DNA of 64,000 bases from NCBI RefSeq assembly GCF_006345805.1, contig NC_043015.1, positions 10,230,001 to 10,294,000 of the forward strand. The letters are read 5' to 3'. Positions 12,472 through 24,534 of this stretch are shown here, one piece after another. A model generated the notes under the pieces. It was not told the DNA's origin, made no database searches, and was given only the letters and a program-made list of their open reading frames with translations. The position numbers and the translations under genes are program-made. Each line of letters begins with the position of its first letter. The first letter of the stretch is position 1. This DNA is from Octopus sinensis. Lineage: Eukaryota.

Positions 12472-13571
12472 GAAAACAAGAAAGCATTATACTCAGTAAC
12501 AAAACAGGCAAAGGAATATCTAAGTGAATTCCGAATACAACAAATTTCGGAATTAGACATCCAAGAAACAAGCACAGAAAAAGCTAAGCGCATGAAAATC
12601 CGTGCTAAAATTGCTGCCTTAGATATTCTGAATGATAAATGGCAAGAAAAACCTCTCTATGGCAAATACCCAAAGAGAGTATATAATGTAGATGTTGACA
12701 AAACCCTGACCCATCAATGGCTAATGGCCTCTGGCTTAAAATCTGAAACAGAGGGGTTTATCATAGCAGCTCAAGATCAATGCCTACCAACAAGGAACTA
12801 CCAGGCCATCATATTACGGCAGCAGCCCAAAATGTCGTGTATGTCAAGAACAAAATGAAACCATTGATCATGTTGTCTCCAAATGCAGTCTTCTAGCGCC
12901 TACAGAGTATCTCAACAGGTATGATAGAGCTGCACAATATATTCACTGGGTAATTTGCAAAAATCTGGATTTGCCCCATGAAAAAAACTGGTGGGAACAC
13001 AAACCACCTCCAGTGCTTGAAAATGACCACATCTCACTCCTCTGGAACTTCACCATTCAAACTGATAGAAAGATAGATGCAAATAGGCCAGACATCATAT
13101 TGAAAGACTTCAGGCAAAGAACATGCCTCCTCATTGATATGATTGTCCCAATTGATATAAACGTATATGTCAAGACCTACAAAAACTGAGCAAATATAAA
13201 GATCTTGAAAATGTGGAACTTGAAGACTAAAACAATACCTGTTGCCATAGGTGCCCTGGGAATGATAGCGAAATGATTGCTACCTAACTCAGATACCAGG
13301 AAACTCCAAAATGGCAGAAATTCAAAAGATTGTGCTCATGGGAACTGCTCATATCATACGCAAAATATTTTCTATGTAATCTCATGTTTTAAAACAAACA
13401 TAATTCTCGTATGTTTATTTTTAGACGTTCACTAGTACAACACTAAATACAAAACCAAATATATGGCATACTAGGCATAACAGCAACGTGAAGTTCCAAC
13501 CTGTTGTCTCTAGAGTTCTCTGGGTGAGACTTGGAGCCAACTTCTACAAATATAAAGCAAAAGTCAAACAT
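12467..13571 (+). mobile_element. R4/Dong-like RLE retrotransposon, 5'-truncated (copy 2)
   Basis: Aligns with the reverse complement of ~9108-10250 with scattered substitutions and small deletions; KWQEKPLYGKY, LKSETEGFIIAAQDQ and RPDIILKD motifs; same 3' UTR; (AAT)n on both sides. Confidence 0.9.
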
Positions 13572-13797
<226 letters not shown>

Positions 13798-13809
13798 TGA
13801 TCATGATGA

Positions 13810-14300
13810 TGATCATGATGATTTACTGGTGTGGAGCTGCACATCTCTCACAACGCTCAACCTTTTTTTCTCAATGAAAATGTTTTTAAGGCGATGAAAT
13901 CTTACCGAAAGAAGACAGTGCCTTCCTTCATTTCTTACCTTCTCAGCCGTCACACAGCTTATTTCGATAAAGCTACAATACTCATGAATATTGCCGGCAC
14001 TCTCCAATCAAGCGTTGCCGGCAGTGTCATTTTCACAATGGTATCGACCGATAGTTGGATCCTTCCCTCACGTGGAAGCCGCTGTTGGCTATAACTCACA
14101 ATTCAGCAAACTTCGAACAACGTACAAGCGCATGCAGTAAGCTTTCATCACTATCCATGCATGCTGGGTAGTCAGATATATCAACCACCTCATAGATACA
14201 TCGTAGAAATCTTGACTGTATAATCGGGCTTCGGTATATCTTTCAATATGGATCATTAGAACGCGCTTATCGTAACTAATAGGCTCTGGTCATTGCGCTC
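13810..14300 (-). mobile_element. L1/Tx1-like LINE ORF2 C-terminal fragment
   Basis: Minus strand YPACMDSDESLLHALVRC (CCHC knuckle) then RIQLSVDTIVKM, paralleling ETVSHAFVQC..VQLSAQSIIKI in the 21727-23400 element. Confidence 0.55.
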
Positions 14301-14477
14301 ATTTCAAACCCGTTTTCAGAGGACGGGATCGTCTGTATACCGTAAGCTTCAGTTCGATACCAGTCTGAAATGGCCATGTATCACGATCAAATTTGAACCA
14401 CATACTCCGTCCATTAAATGTCTCCTATTTTATTTATTGTGTATATAGTGACTCTAAAGCAGTTGCCTACTAAACTG

Positions 14478-15925
14478 TATAGTGATGCCTGCTGGGAACT
14501 GTGAATAAGATTCACTAGAATGTGCCGGTAAACACGGGTATATAAGTTGGATTACATCTTTCAAATATCATGAAGCGATGAATAGAGCAAAGATTAACAA
14601 TTGCCAGTAGCTTACACCAAGTCATCTAGAAGTGTATATCTACTCTACAGAGTTGAGCTGCGAGGTACTAGACCATTGGCCTAGTTCAGTTGGGGGATAC
14701 CAAAGGTCTATATAATTAGGCAGAAACTAGAATAAATTTACAAGAAGAAAGATTCCTAACAATGACAAAGCAGACTTTGATCGTATTGTCATATACTTCT
14801 GCCGTTCGGGTATAAGCGGGAATTCTCTGCTTCCTCATAATTAGCTCGTTAATCTCTATAGTTTTAATATAATACCTATAATCATACACATTGTATAGTA
14901 TGTTTATCTTTCATGTCATTGCTCCTAACATATACCACTTAGCTTTAGTGAAAACATTCCAAAAGATCGTGAAGTATATTTTCCACCTAAATGTGGCGGA
15001 CTCATTAGGGGTCAAAACTACTGATGTTTATAGCTCCAGGAAGACATCTCCTCCAGCTGGCTAACGACACACTGTCTGCGTCCGATTAGTATTTGCGAAT
15101 GGAAATCACTGTTCCCATCTCTAGTCTTACGTGATACACACAGACACACGTTTCAGGGTAGTAACCCGTCATCAGACAGATAAGCACGATGATTTCCCTT
15201 CGCAAATACCAATCGGACACAGCACTCCGTTAGCCAGCTGGAGGAGATGTCTTTCAGTGGCTATAACCAACAGTAGCTTCGTCCCCAAAAGATCTGCCAT
15301 ATTTAGGTGGCAAATATACTTCTCGATTTCGCACTGCTACTGTTTACGTCTCGCTCAGGGGTTTATTATTGCTTGTTACACCATTTTCGAGATCAGCGAC
15401 AGTTTGTCACTGGAAAAAGCATATAGTATTTTGCGTTTGGAATGAGTTTTCATCGCTAGCTGTTTATTGTAACACGCTGATGACGGGTTGCTATCCAGGC
15501 ACCCGGGTCTGTGTGTATCACGTAAGGCTAGAAATGGGAACGATGATTTCCATTCGCAATACTAATCGGATACAGACAGTGTGTCATTAGCTAGCTGGAG
15601 TAGATGTCTTCCTGGGGCTATAAACAACAGTAGCATTGACCCCTAATGAGTCCGCCACATTTAGGCGGAAAATATAATTCACGTTTTTTTTGGAATGTAT
15701 TCACTAAAGATAATTGGTATATGATATGATAGGAGTAATGCAATCGAACTTATATACCCGTGTTTATCGGCAATAATACTCTACCAATGTCCTCACATTC
15801 CAATGAATCTTATTCACAGTTCCCAAGAGGCATCACTCATAGGGGTCTGCTAAATTTAGGTGGAAAATGTACTTCACGATTCCGTGCAGCTACTGTTTAC
15901 ATCTCGCTCAGAGATTTATTATTCC
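14478..15925. repeat. Inverted-plus-direct repeat complex with decayed hammerhead-like motif (Penelope pLTR-like)
   Basis: 14912-15176 is inverted vs 15476-15735; 14478-14560 is inverted vs 15737-15838; 15185-15375 is a diverged direct copy of 15535-15690; 15855-15925 repeats 15300-15372. Confidence 0.85.
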
Positions 15926-16909
15926 AAAATATGTAATACACCAGTTTATGTGGATGCTGTATGAACAGGACACAAAAGAAATTGGAGAGTGATATCTTGC
16001 TTAAGATTTATTCAAGCTACTATGCGGGAAAGAGCTCCTTGAAAAGTTTCTCTGAGAAGTCTTTCCATAAAAATTATTTGTAACTTCCCATACGACTTTA
16101 TCTCAGCTGGCTTGTAGATAACAAATGACGTCCTTATTGGATAATTGCATATTATGACTTTCTAAAATGTGATCGTTACATTGTTGTTATAATTTCTGTA
16201 TTTGTTTTTATTAAAATATACAACAGCGATTTACTGTGGGGTATTTTTCAATATTGAATTGGACAGAATTTCGGAAGCATGTTTTGTGCTATTGTTGTTA
16301 CAATTTACAATGCTCTTTTTGTTATGCATTGTTTTATTTCTTTCTTTTATTGCAGCGTAGTGTTTGTGTTTTTTTCTACATGTTCACGATGTCAGTACTG
16401 TGATTTGTGTTTAGTATTTCGCTGTTGGTGCAGGTGTCGTGCTGCTGGTGACGGAGATAGTGTGTCTCAGATTTAATGTTATCTTCTGTCATTGATATTG
16501 TTGTTTCTCAAGCATTTAAAAAATGTCTACTGTTTCCACCAATGTTCTTGTGGATGTTATTGATTATGTTGCTACTGTATGTGTAACTTGCTGTTGTTGA
16601 TGCTACTGATAGCTTGCGGCGTCTGCAGCAGTCACGACATTACGGTTTTCTTTATTGTGTGGTCAGAATGTTATTGACCTCAGTCTATACGGGGTACTTG
16701 GTACTCTGCCATTTGCTTCAGTAAGGTATCAGATTTTGACATAGGTGCTTGGGTGTTGAATATCTTCCATGTGAATTAACATCCAGATGCTATGTATTAT
16801 GATTTAGGGAAAGTGACTTTCTGAGTACTCTTGAAGGAGATTACTGACCGTTCTCTCAGAATCAACTAAAGCAAATAAGATCGAGAGCTCGGAGAAGCAG
16901 AGTATTTAT

Positions 16910-17117
<208 letters not shown>

Positions 17118-17120
17118 GTG

Positions 17121-17183
17121 GTGGAGATTAAGAGCGATCACCTAATCAGACATCGGAAACTGGACATTGTCCTGGTGATAAAA
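17121..17183 (+). mobile_element. Micro-fragment of an RLE endonuclease domain (R4/Dong-like)
   Basis: VEIKSDHLIRHRKLDIVLVIK resembles FTIQTDRKIDANRPDIILKD; lies immediately after an (AAT)n array. Confidence 0.45.
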
Positions 17184-17261
17184 ATGAATGATAATCGATA
17201 TAACAGGATAATCGATATAACAAAATTTTGAACTGCAACTCTTCGTGGTCCACATCAAATA

Positions 17262-17400
17262 GGCAATGTATGTGGGTGTCTTTTCCATGCATTGTCCAGT
17301 TTAAAAAGTCACATTAGACGCCATGAGGAACCTACGGTTTAGGTACAGGAGATAGCCCGTCTCTGCATGAGCACAACAAAACCACCATGTATATGTTTGT
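17262..17400 (+). mobile_element. RTE-clade LINE 3' end
   Basis: NVCGCLFHALSSLKSHIRRH* (C2H2-like RTE terminus), short 3' UTR ending ACCACCATGTATATG. Confidence 0.55.
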
Positions 17401-17811
17401 GTGTATATATATATATATATATATAACATTTTTAATAAATTGAGATTCAGTCGAATTATGTACTTAAACTGAAGCACCAAGGCAGTTCGGTGAAGTATGG
17501 AAAGTCTTCACAATATTCGCTTCGCATGAAAGAGCTGGCATGAATGAAGAACTAGCACCCTATTCGCATAGAACATGTACTTTATGTTTTGCTTGCTAAT
17601 GCAACGAATATATGCATGTATATGTGTTTGTGCGCACACAACTTGTGTCTCTGTGCACGCGTGTGTACATGTGTATTTATATACGAATTAATTTGGAGAT
17701 GCTGTGTGATATTCCAGCTTTTTTTTATAATTCTTTTTACACATATTATAGTGTGTTTTCAATTTGCAGATAACTCCTTGTAATATATTACTGACGCATG
17801 CATTATTACGC

Positions 17812-17814
<3 letters not shown>

Positions 17815-17878
<64 letters not shown>

Positions 17879-17975
17879 CATAAATAGATAGATAAATAGA
17901 TAGATAGATAGATAGATAGATAAATAGATACATACATGCATACATACATGCATACATGCATGCATACATACATAC
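17815..17975. repeat. (TAGA)n-(TACA)n tetranucleotide repeat
   Basis: Direct reading. Confidence 0.95.
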
Positions 17976-18867
17976 ATGGATAGAAAGAGATATCCATGCT
18001 CCCTGCCTACTCATCGGTTACTGTACCAGGCGTTTCGACCCAGTAGCTTCTTGGATTTGTCATACGACTCTTGGATGAAAGACGGTTGTTGAGTATATTT
18101 GGAATTATATACATTGATATAAAATCACATGTTATTATCCGATGTACTTTCCACTGGATGAAGCTGCCGAGGCAATCTCCATGTAAAACACAACGCTGAA
18201 AAAGAAAAAAAAGTGCTGTTTTCGATTCTTTTTTATCATAACATTCCTCCATCAAGGAACTATTTATTGGGCATTATCTCACAAATCTTCATTGTCCAAA
18301 TTTTGTGTGGTTTATGCTTGTCACTCCGCAACAACATAAATACTGCATAGGTCGATATTCATATTTTTCATGAAACTGTTTTACTAAACCTTTGCCAAAT
18401 TTCCTGCTTTACTAAGCCTTTGCCAAATCTTGTCCTGCTGTCTTGCAAATGAGAAAACATTGCATTGTGCAGTCGCTTTAAGAGAGAAAGAATATTTCGT
18501 CAATGCTGCAATATTCACCATAATTACGACAATTCTTAATCTTTAATCTACTTTTCAATCATGTGTAACTTGTTTTAAGTACCGAATGTTGTGTGCCTTA
18601 TTTAATATTGATGGCGTTGTCGTTTTTAAATATCAAGCTTTCGCAAATATTACTTAAGGGAACTATCATCATTATATCGAATTGCTAATTATTTTGTTTA
18701 ATTCAGAGTTAATGTCTTCTCATTTTGCCTTTAGCATATTACTTTAATAAGAACGTCATGTTTATTTAGAGTTGAAATTGTTACTGCTCATGGAAGCCTA
18801 CCAAATATATCACAGCTCATATTCAGCAGTCATTGTTTTAACGTATTCAATATTAAAGAATAACCGA

Positions 18868-18980
18868 AGGAAGCGAAGTTGCAGAACCGTTAGCACGACG
18901 CGCAAAATGCTTAGCGGTATTTCGTCTAAGTTCCCTTTCAAATACCACCCCGGCCAACTTTGCATTTCTGAGTCGATAAA
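18868..18980 (+). mobile_element. SINE family A, degraded
   Basis: GCAGAACCGTTAGCACG..AAAATGCTTAGCGGTATTTCGTCT matches the family A head. Confidence 0.6.
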
Positions 18981-19929
18981 ATGATCACCGCTAGATTGCT
19001 GAGATAGATATAATCCAATAACCCCATCCTGGGAAATTGCTTGACTTGTACTGAAATTTAAATCAATATTAAAATATAAACTGTTTATCCTGAATTTGTG
19101 CCAAAGATAATTCATTTGCATTGCCTTACAACTAATTTTAATACACCAATCAACTTCTAGTGATAAATCTATTGAATTATTTCCCAAACTTATTAGCACA
19201 GGCATTACAATTTGCTATAAATACGGTCAAATATGTGTAAAACAACCAATAGAATGCAAATAGTCGATTCACGATTGGTTGTAGCTTTGTTAATTTTTGA
19301 TACTTAGCTATTCGTTGTACATTATTTACGATGTTTTATTACACGACAATATTATTTAAGTCTCAGATTTATGAGAGATATAGTATATACTTGATAAATT
19401 ATTAGTATTTTAGATACATTGCTGGCTGGTCACCGCAAATGCAGCCCCTACGTAATAACTTCATAAATTATTCATATTAAAATTGGTAATGCTTGTCCCT
19501 TCAGTAGTATTAGTGATTCTAATCTCTGTGTGTAGCAGTAGCATTCAGAGTAGCAAGAGCGAATATGTCGGCAATAAATATTCACTGCATAGCCTATTAA
19601 TCACCAGCTCTTTCCTATATCAGATTTCTGGCCCTTTAAAGTATGGCCGAATTCTCGATACACATTTTGAATATTAATATTTAAAATAAATATTTGGAAA
19701 TTATGACTGAAAATGTGATTAGGATTTATATATTCGTAAATTATCAAGATGGTCATATTCGTAAATTTTTTTATGAGAAAGAAATTAATATATATAAATT
19801 AAACACATAGTAAACCACGTTCATTCAATATTGAACGTTCTTAATAAGTATTTAATATTTAATTTATATTTATTAATTTCGTTCTCATAACTATAAGACA
19901 CATTAACAGACATACACAGATACATACAT

Positions 19930-19991
<62 letters not shown>

Positions 19992-19998
19992 TATGCAT

Positions 19999-20237
19999 TG
20001 TTGTGTCTGGGGAGAGTCATTCTCTTTTAGTACCTTATAATTTAACATAATTTAACACACACACACCGGTAACAGTTTATAAAAGAACGCTGCTACAGAG
20101 TCAGCAACTAAAGTAAAGGTTGCAAAACGCAACAAAAATTTTAGAAGAATAAATAAATAAACGAATATAAATTTTACCGGTTTCTGTTTATAAAATTATA
20201 AGGCTCTAACACACAATGACTCTCCCCTGACACAACA
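19999..20237. mobile_element. MITE-like element with terminal inverted repeats
   Basis: TGTTGTGTCTGGGGAGAGTCATT vs AATGACTCTCCCCTGACACAACA, extending inward to CCTTATAATTT/AAATTATAAGG; internal ACCGGT..GTTTATAAAA direct repeat; no ORF. Confidence 0.75.
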
Positions 20238-20432
20238 GAATATGCTTAAACACCTGAACTCTCATGAAAAATCTAGCAAACCGAATCCAGAAAGCGTAGG
20301 CTCGAAGCCTTTTTCACTTCCCGAGCGTTATACTAATTCATCTGTTTGTTGTCTACAACACTTGTCTTCGTCATTTGATTTGTTTTTGTTAATTCTCCTT
20401 ATATATATATACATATATATATATATAATATA

Positions 20433-20489
<57 letters not shown>

Positions 20490-20804
20490 TTTAAGAGAGA
20501 ATTTAATAAAATATAAATAAAGATGTTAATATCACCAGTTTCGATGTATTTCATATTATCAAATATAATTAATAATTTATAAAAATTTGAAAACTTTGAA
20601 GTAAAAACAGCCTTTCTTCTGTCTGGTGGTCAGGAACATGTCTGGAAATATTGCGTTGAAGTCTCCTTTAAATATAGTTTAGTATAGAGTTCAGAGTGTT
20701 AGCGAGTGAGAAAAGTGACGTGTATTGTCTAAAATAAATTTTTGTGTTCCTGTCAAGGGAGTAGCTAAAAAGCATTTCTTGAATGGGTCTTATGTCCACC
20801 TGTG

Positions 20805-20814
20805 TTTGTGTGTA

Positions 20815-20874
<60 letters not shown>

Positions 20875-20945
20875 TGTGTGTGTCTGTGTGTGTGTGTGTG
20901 TATGTCTGTGTCTGTGTGTGTGTTCGTGTGTGTGTGTATGTTCTG
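20805..20945. repeat. (TG)n microsatellite
   Basis: Direct reading. Confidence 0.95.
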
Positions 20946-21619
20946 TGTTGAATGTCCTTTCAATATGTTTTGAAAAATGATCAGCTGTGAGTTGATGAGT
21001 GTTTATGCTGTAAAGTATTTCTCTTGTTGATAAAAGAATCAGGAGTTTTCTTTGCGTTGTATGTATTCTTTTGAGTGTCTCCACCTGTGTATACGTGTAT
21101 TGTCACTAGCTGTGTGTTTGTGTGATTTTGTGATGTTTTCTTGTGTGTATGTGTGCGTGGATGTATCTGTGTGTATTTCTTTGTGTGCTTTTGCGATGAT
21201 TTCTTTTTTTTTATGTGTGTATATTTTTGCGTGTGAGAGTGTTTGTGTGCTTGTGAGGTTTTCTATTGTATGTGTATATGAGTGTATGTGTGTGTATGTT
21301 TGTGCATGTGTTTTTGTGGCGTTTTCTTTTTTACGTAAGGGTTTATTTTTGTGTGTGTGCTGACATATATGTATATTGAAAAACGGTTTAGAAGAGGAGC
21401 ATATTTTAATGATATGTATAAATTGTTTAAAACTGTTTTTAAATGTCTGTCTTTATATATTGGTCGTGGTTGAGTCTCTATTTAATTGTGGTTTATACTT
21501 GTTGATAAATCGTCTTTGTTAATATTTTGGTGTTGATTAAAGGAATCTCAGCAGTTGTGGAGGGGGAATATTTTGAAATTATGTAAGACCATTCCTGTAC
21601 AGATTGCAATGTTACTGCT

Positions 21620-21654
<35 letters not shown>

Positions 21655-21726
21655 TATTATATATATAATATATATATATATATATACATACATATATATA
21701 TATACTAGTTTGTTCTTGGTGCATCG

Positions 21727-23400
21727 AGCCTGTTGTCTGGATGAACTGTTTCTTCTCGAAACCGTTCAATTCTGAGCGCTCAGTTCGGCAGGGATGTCAC
21801 TTGTCTCCAACTTTGTATGTACTGGCTCTTAAGACAGTACTGCGAAGGGTGGAGTCGGTTGGGGGCGTTTCGCATGATCTATGCGGCGGAAGCACAGCAA
21901 CTAGATACGCGGATGATATCACCAAAATCATGTCCGATGAAGGGCAGCTTCCTAGTGTAGAAAACGCAATGAAAGGATCAGAAACATTGGCAGGAGCAGC
22001 AATTTATCAGGATAAGTCAATTGACTTGCAACGTCGTGGATGGAAACTCTGATTAAAATGCTAGGGGTCTGGTTAGGTCCAGACCTCCACATAGAGAAAA
22101 ATTTGAGCGAGGCTGCATGCAGAGTGACATCCCTAACCCAAACTTGGTCTAGAAGGGCGTTATCTCTGCTAAGAATGGTGGAGATTGGACCGGTGTTTAT
22201 AGCATTCTTTATTATCTACCGCCTGACTGTCGTGCCTTACCCCGGTTTGTGACTGAAGAAGCTCGAATGACTCCTATTCCACATTTTGTGGATGAGAAGA
22301 GGACCACTTGTAAGGCGTTCTGTCTGCTGCCAAAAATCGTCAAGGAATGGGCTATGGAAGCCGTGGCCGAGGATGCAAAATTTCGTGTTAAAGCTTAGGC
22401 ACCTCTGGCTCTACCTGACTGGCGAAAAGGTGTGGTCACCGCACGTGAGGTTTTTCTTCCCTTAATTGATATCCTTACGCAATATTGGTCCATGGATCAA
22501 GCGTAGAGCTAGGCAGGGCGAGTTAGAGTGTCGATTGGCACTGAAGATGCTCTCCCGGAGGGGCAATACTGGCAGCAGGACTTCCACGGCGGATTTCTAT
22601 AGCGGGCTGATAGAGTTTGTGTCAAACGATGTCCTGGGAGAGACTCTAGACATCGATGGATGTCAATTGACCAATCTGTTTAGGAGAAAATTTGGTCCGG
22701 GGAATATGGATACTTACCAGAAATCCCTGGCCTGATTATGCCATCGATCAGTTTTACCTGTTCGAGAGCCGTTATCGAGGCACGGTTGTACCGTCCTCAC
22801 CGACATTTTTGAGGTATGGGCAGGGCAGTGAAACTGTCTCGCACGCCTTCGTACAGTGTACAGAATTAACGGGTCTGATAACCTTTTCTGAGCTACTGTT
22901 GTCGATAATGGGAACAGTACAGCTATCAGCTCAGTCTATTATAAAGATTGTGCCACCTCCTTCCTTTAACAGGGTGAGGAAGGGCTGTTTTCTTCTGCAT
23001 AGTAGTCATGCTAAAAAAGACAATATGGAAGACACGTGCAAAAGGGATCACAACAGGCACCTTCATCACCGGTCAAGGGTTGCTTAGCTTTTTTAGCTAC
23101 CAACTAAAGAGCAGGATCAGGCTAGAAAAGTGATACCTGTGGCACAATATGTACACAAAAAGATGGAAGTCTGTAGAAAGGATGCTGTGCGTGACTGGAA
23201 CCAGGTAGGTGGAGGCAGCGGAAATCAAAAGGTATCATTTCGGGCGTTGACTGGATGTCTTGACACAAAAAAATTTAAACATATTTAAATTTTTAAAATT
23301 TCATACTATTGTAAAACGTCCGACATGAATCCCCACATTTTTATGTATTGTCTGTCCTTGTTTTCCCCCTCTTTGTTGGACACATGTGGCCAAATAAAAG
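21727..23400 (+). mobile_element. L1/Tx1-like LINE, 5'-truncated, decayed ORF2
   Basis: RT motifs VRQGCHLSP and RYADD, KMLGVW, downstream knuckle ETVSHAFVQC; 3' end AATAAAAGAAA near 23393-23403. Confidence 0.85.
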
Positions 23401-23654
23401 AAACACCGATGTCGAAGGTACGTCGTTCGGACCAGTCCCGTTGACAGGAGGAAATACGTCGTCATCATGGGACATATCAGTGTCGACGAGGTTTCGGACA
23501 ATATCGTCACTGGTACATATCAGGCCCTTTGGAAATGGAAGAAATCTTTAACGTTTCGATTTCACAGTTCTATATTTAAGAGATGAGGAATTATGTACAC
23601 TATTTACATTATTTAAATTTCGACGGATATTTGTCCTCATCTTGTTTGTTATTT

Positions 23655-23698
23655 ACACAACGTTTCGGCTGCTATACCCTCCAGCCTTCTTCAGGTGT
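23655..23698 (-). ncRNA. Minimal type I hammerhead ribozyme, complete core
   Basis: ACAC CTGAAGA A GGCTG-GAGGGTATAG-CAGCC GAAAC GTT GTGT: CUGANGA and GAAA core, 5-bp stem II, 4-bp stem I, palindromic AC/GU stem III, GUU cleavage triplet. Confidence 0.85.
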
Positions 23699-23784
23699 CT
23701 TGGGGTAATTTGGAACCTGGATTCTTTTTCCTTAGTTATTTTTCGATGTTGTTGTTGTTGTTGCTGTTGTTGTTGTTGTTGTTT

Positions 23785-23853
23785 AGGTCACTGCTTGAAA
23801 TCGAACTCGGAATCTTGGGGTTAGTAGCCCGCGCCCTAAACCACTACGCTAAT
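23785..23853 (-). promoter_or_regulatory. tRNA-like internal Pol III promoter (A and B boxes)
   Basis: A box TAGCGTAGTGG, B box GAGTTCGATT; anticodon-like loop CT-ACT-AA with short variable loop, closest by eye to tRNA-Thr(AGT). Confidence 0.8.
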
Positions 23854-23877
23854 GTTTGGGCTTCTTGAACTCTAACA

Positions 23878-23990
23878 GAGAGTACTAAATTGGAAAATAT
23901 GAGCCATTTTAAGATAGTTACCAGTTAATGATAGTTACACATCAACCTAAAAGTAAATATAATTTGCAAGTACCTGTAGAATTAAAATAA
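23878..23990 (+). repeat. ~110-bp direct repeat, copy 1
   Basis: AGAGTACTAAA..TTGCAAGTACCTGTAGAATTAAA recurs at 26623-26735. Confidence 0.85.
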
Positions 23991-24485
23991 TACATGATGT
24001 GAATAACAAACCGCTACAATTCTTCATACATAAACTTCGATTTTCTGCTCTTCTACAGAAACGATGATAAAGGGAAAACAAAATGAAGAGAAAATACAAT
24101 TCTGCATTAAACAGTGAAAGTAACCGAAAGCCACCGTAGGTGTAGGAGTCGGTTTGAGGAATAGTTAGCGTGGGAGACAACAGTGACCTGGGGAAATATG
24201 TGTGTGGCGGATAGGGGTGGGGGCAAGCACGTATGCCTTGGTGATTATGTGCGCGTGTGTTTGTGTGAGCGTGGGAAACCATGCGTGAATGTGTACGTGT
24301 AACGTAAACGTGATCTACCTTCATTTGGTGCCTGTAGAAAACTGTTAGACAAAGTAAATGCGTATAAAGATGACGTATATATATATATATATACTCTGCA
24401 ACTTTCGTTTATATATGTACGTGTGCATGTATGCGTTTGTTTGTGTGTGTGCGCGCGTGTGTGTGCGTGCGAGTTTTGTGCATAC

Positions 24486-24534
<49 letters not shown>

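Larger units (their letters stand above)
23565..23853 (-). mobile_element. tRNA-headed SINE-like element containing a hammerhead ribozyme (copy 1)
   Basis: Minus strand order: tRNA-like head (23785-23853), (AAC)n linker (23747-23784), spacer, hammerhead (23655-23698), 9-bp stem AGATGAGGA/TCCTCATCT (23581-23642). Colinear second copy at 46116-46698. Confidence 0.85.

Noticed and set aside
18020-18060. GCGTTTCGACC.. hammerhead-like remnant
   Set aside because: CUGANGA absent, stem II unpaired and triplet invalid.
23785-23853. tRNA gene with ACT anticodon (also 46626-46698)
   Set aside because: Acceptor stem does not pair cleanly, and both copies continue into the same downstream body; it is a SINE head.
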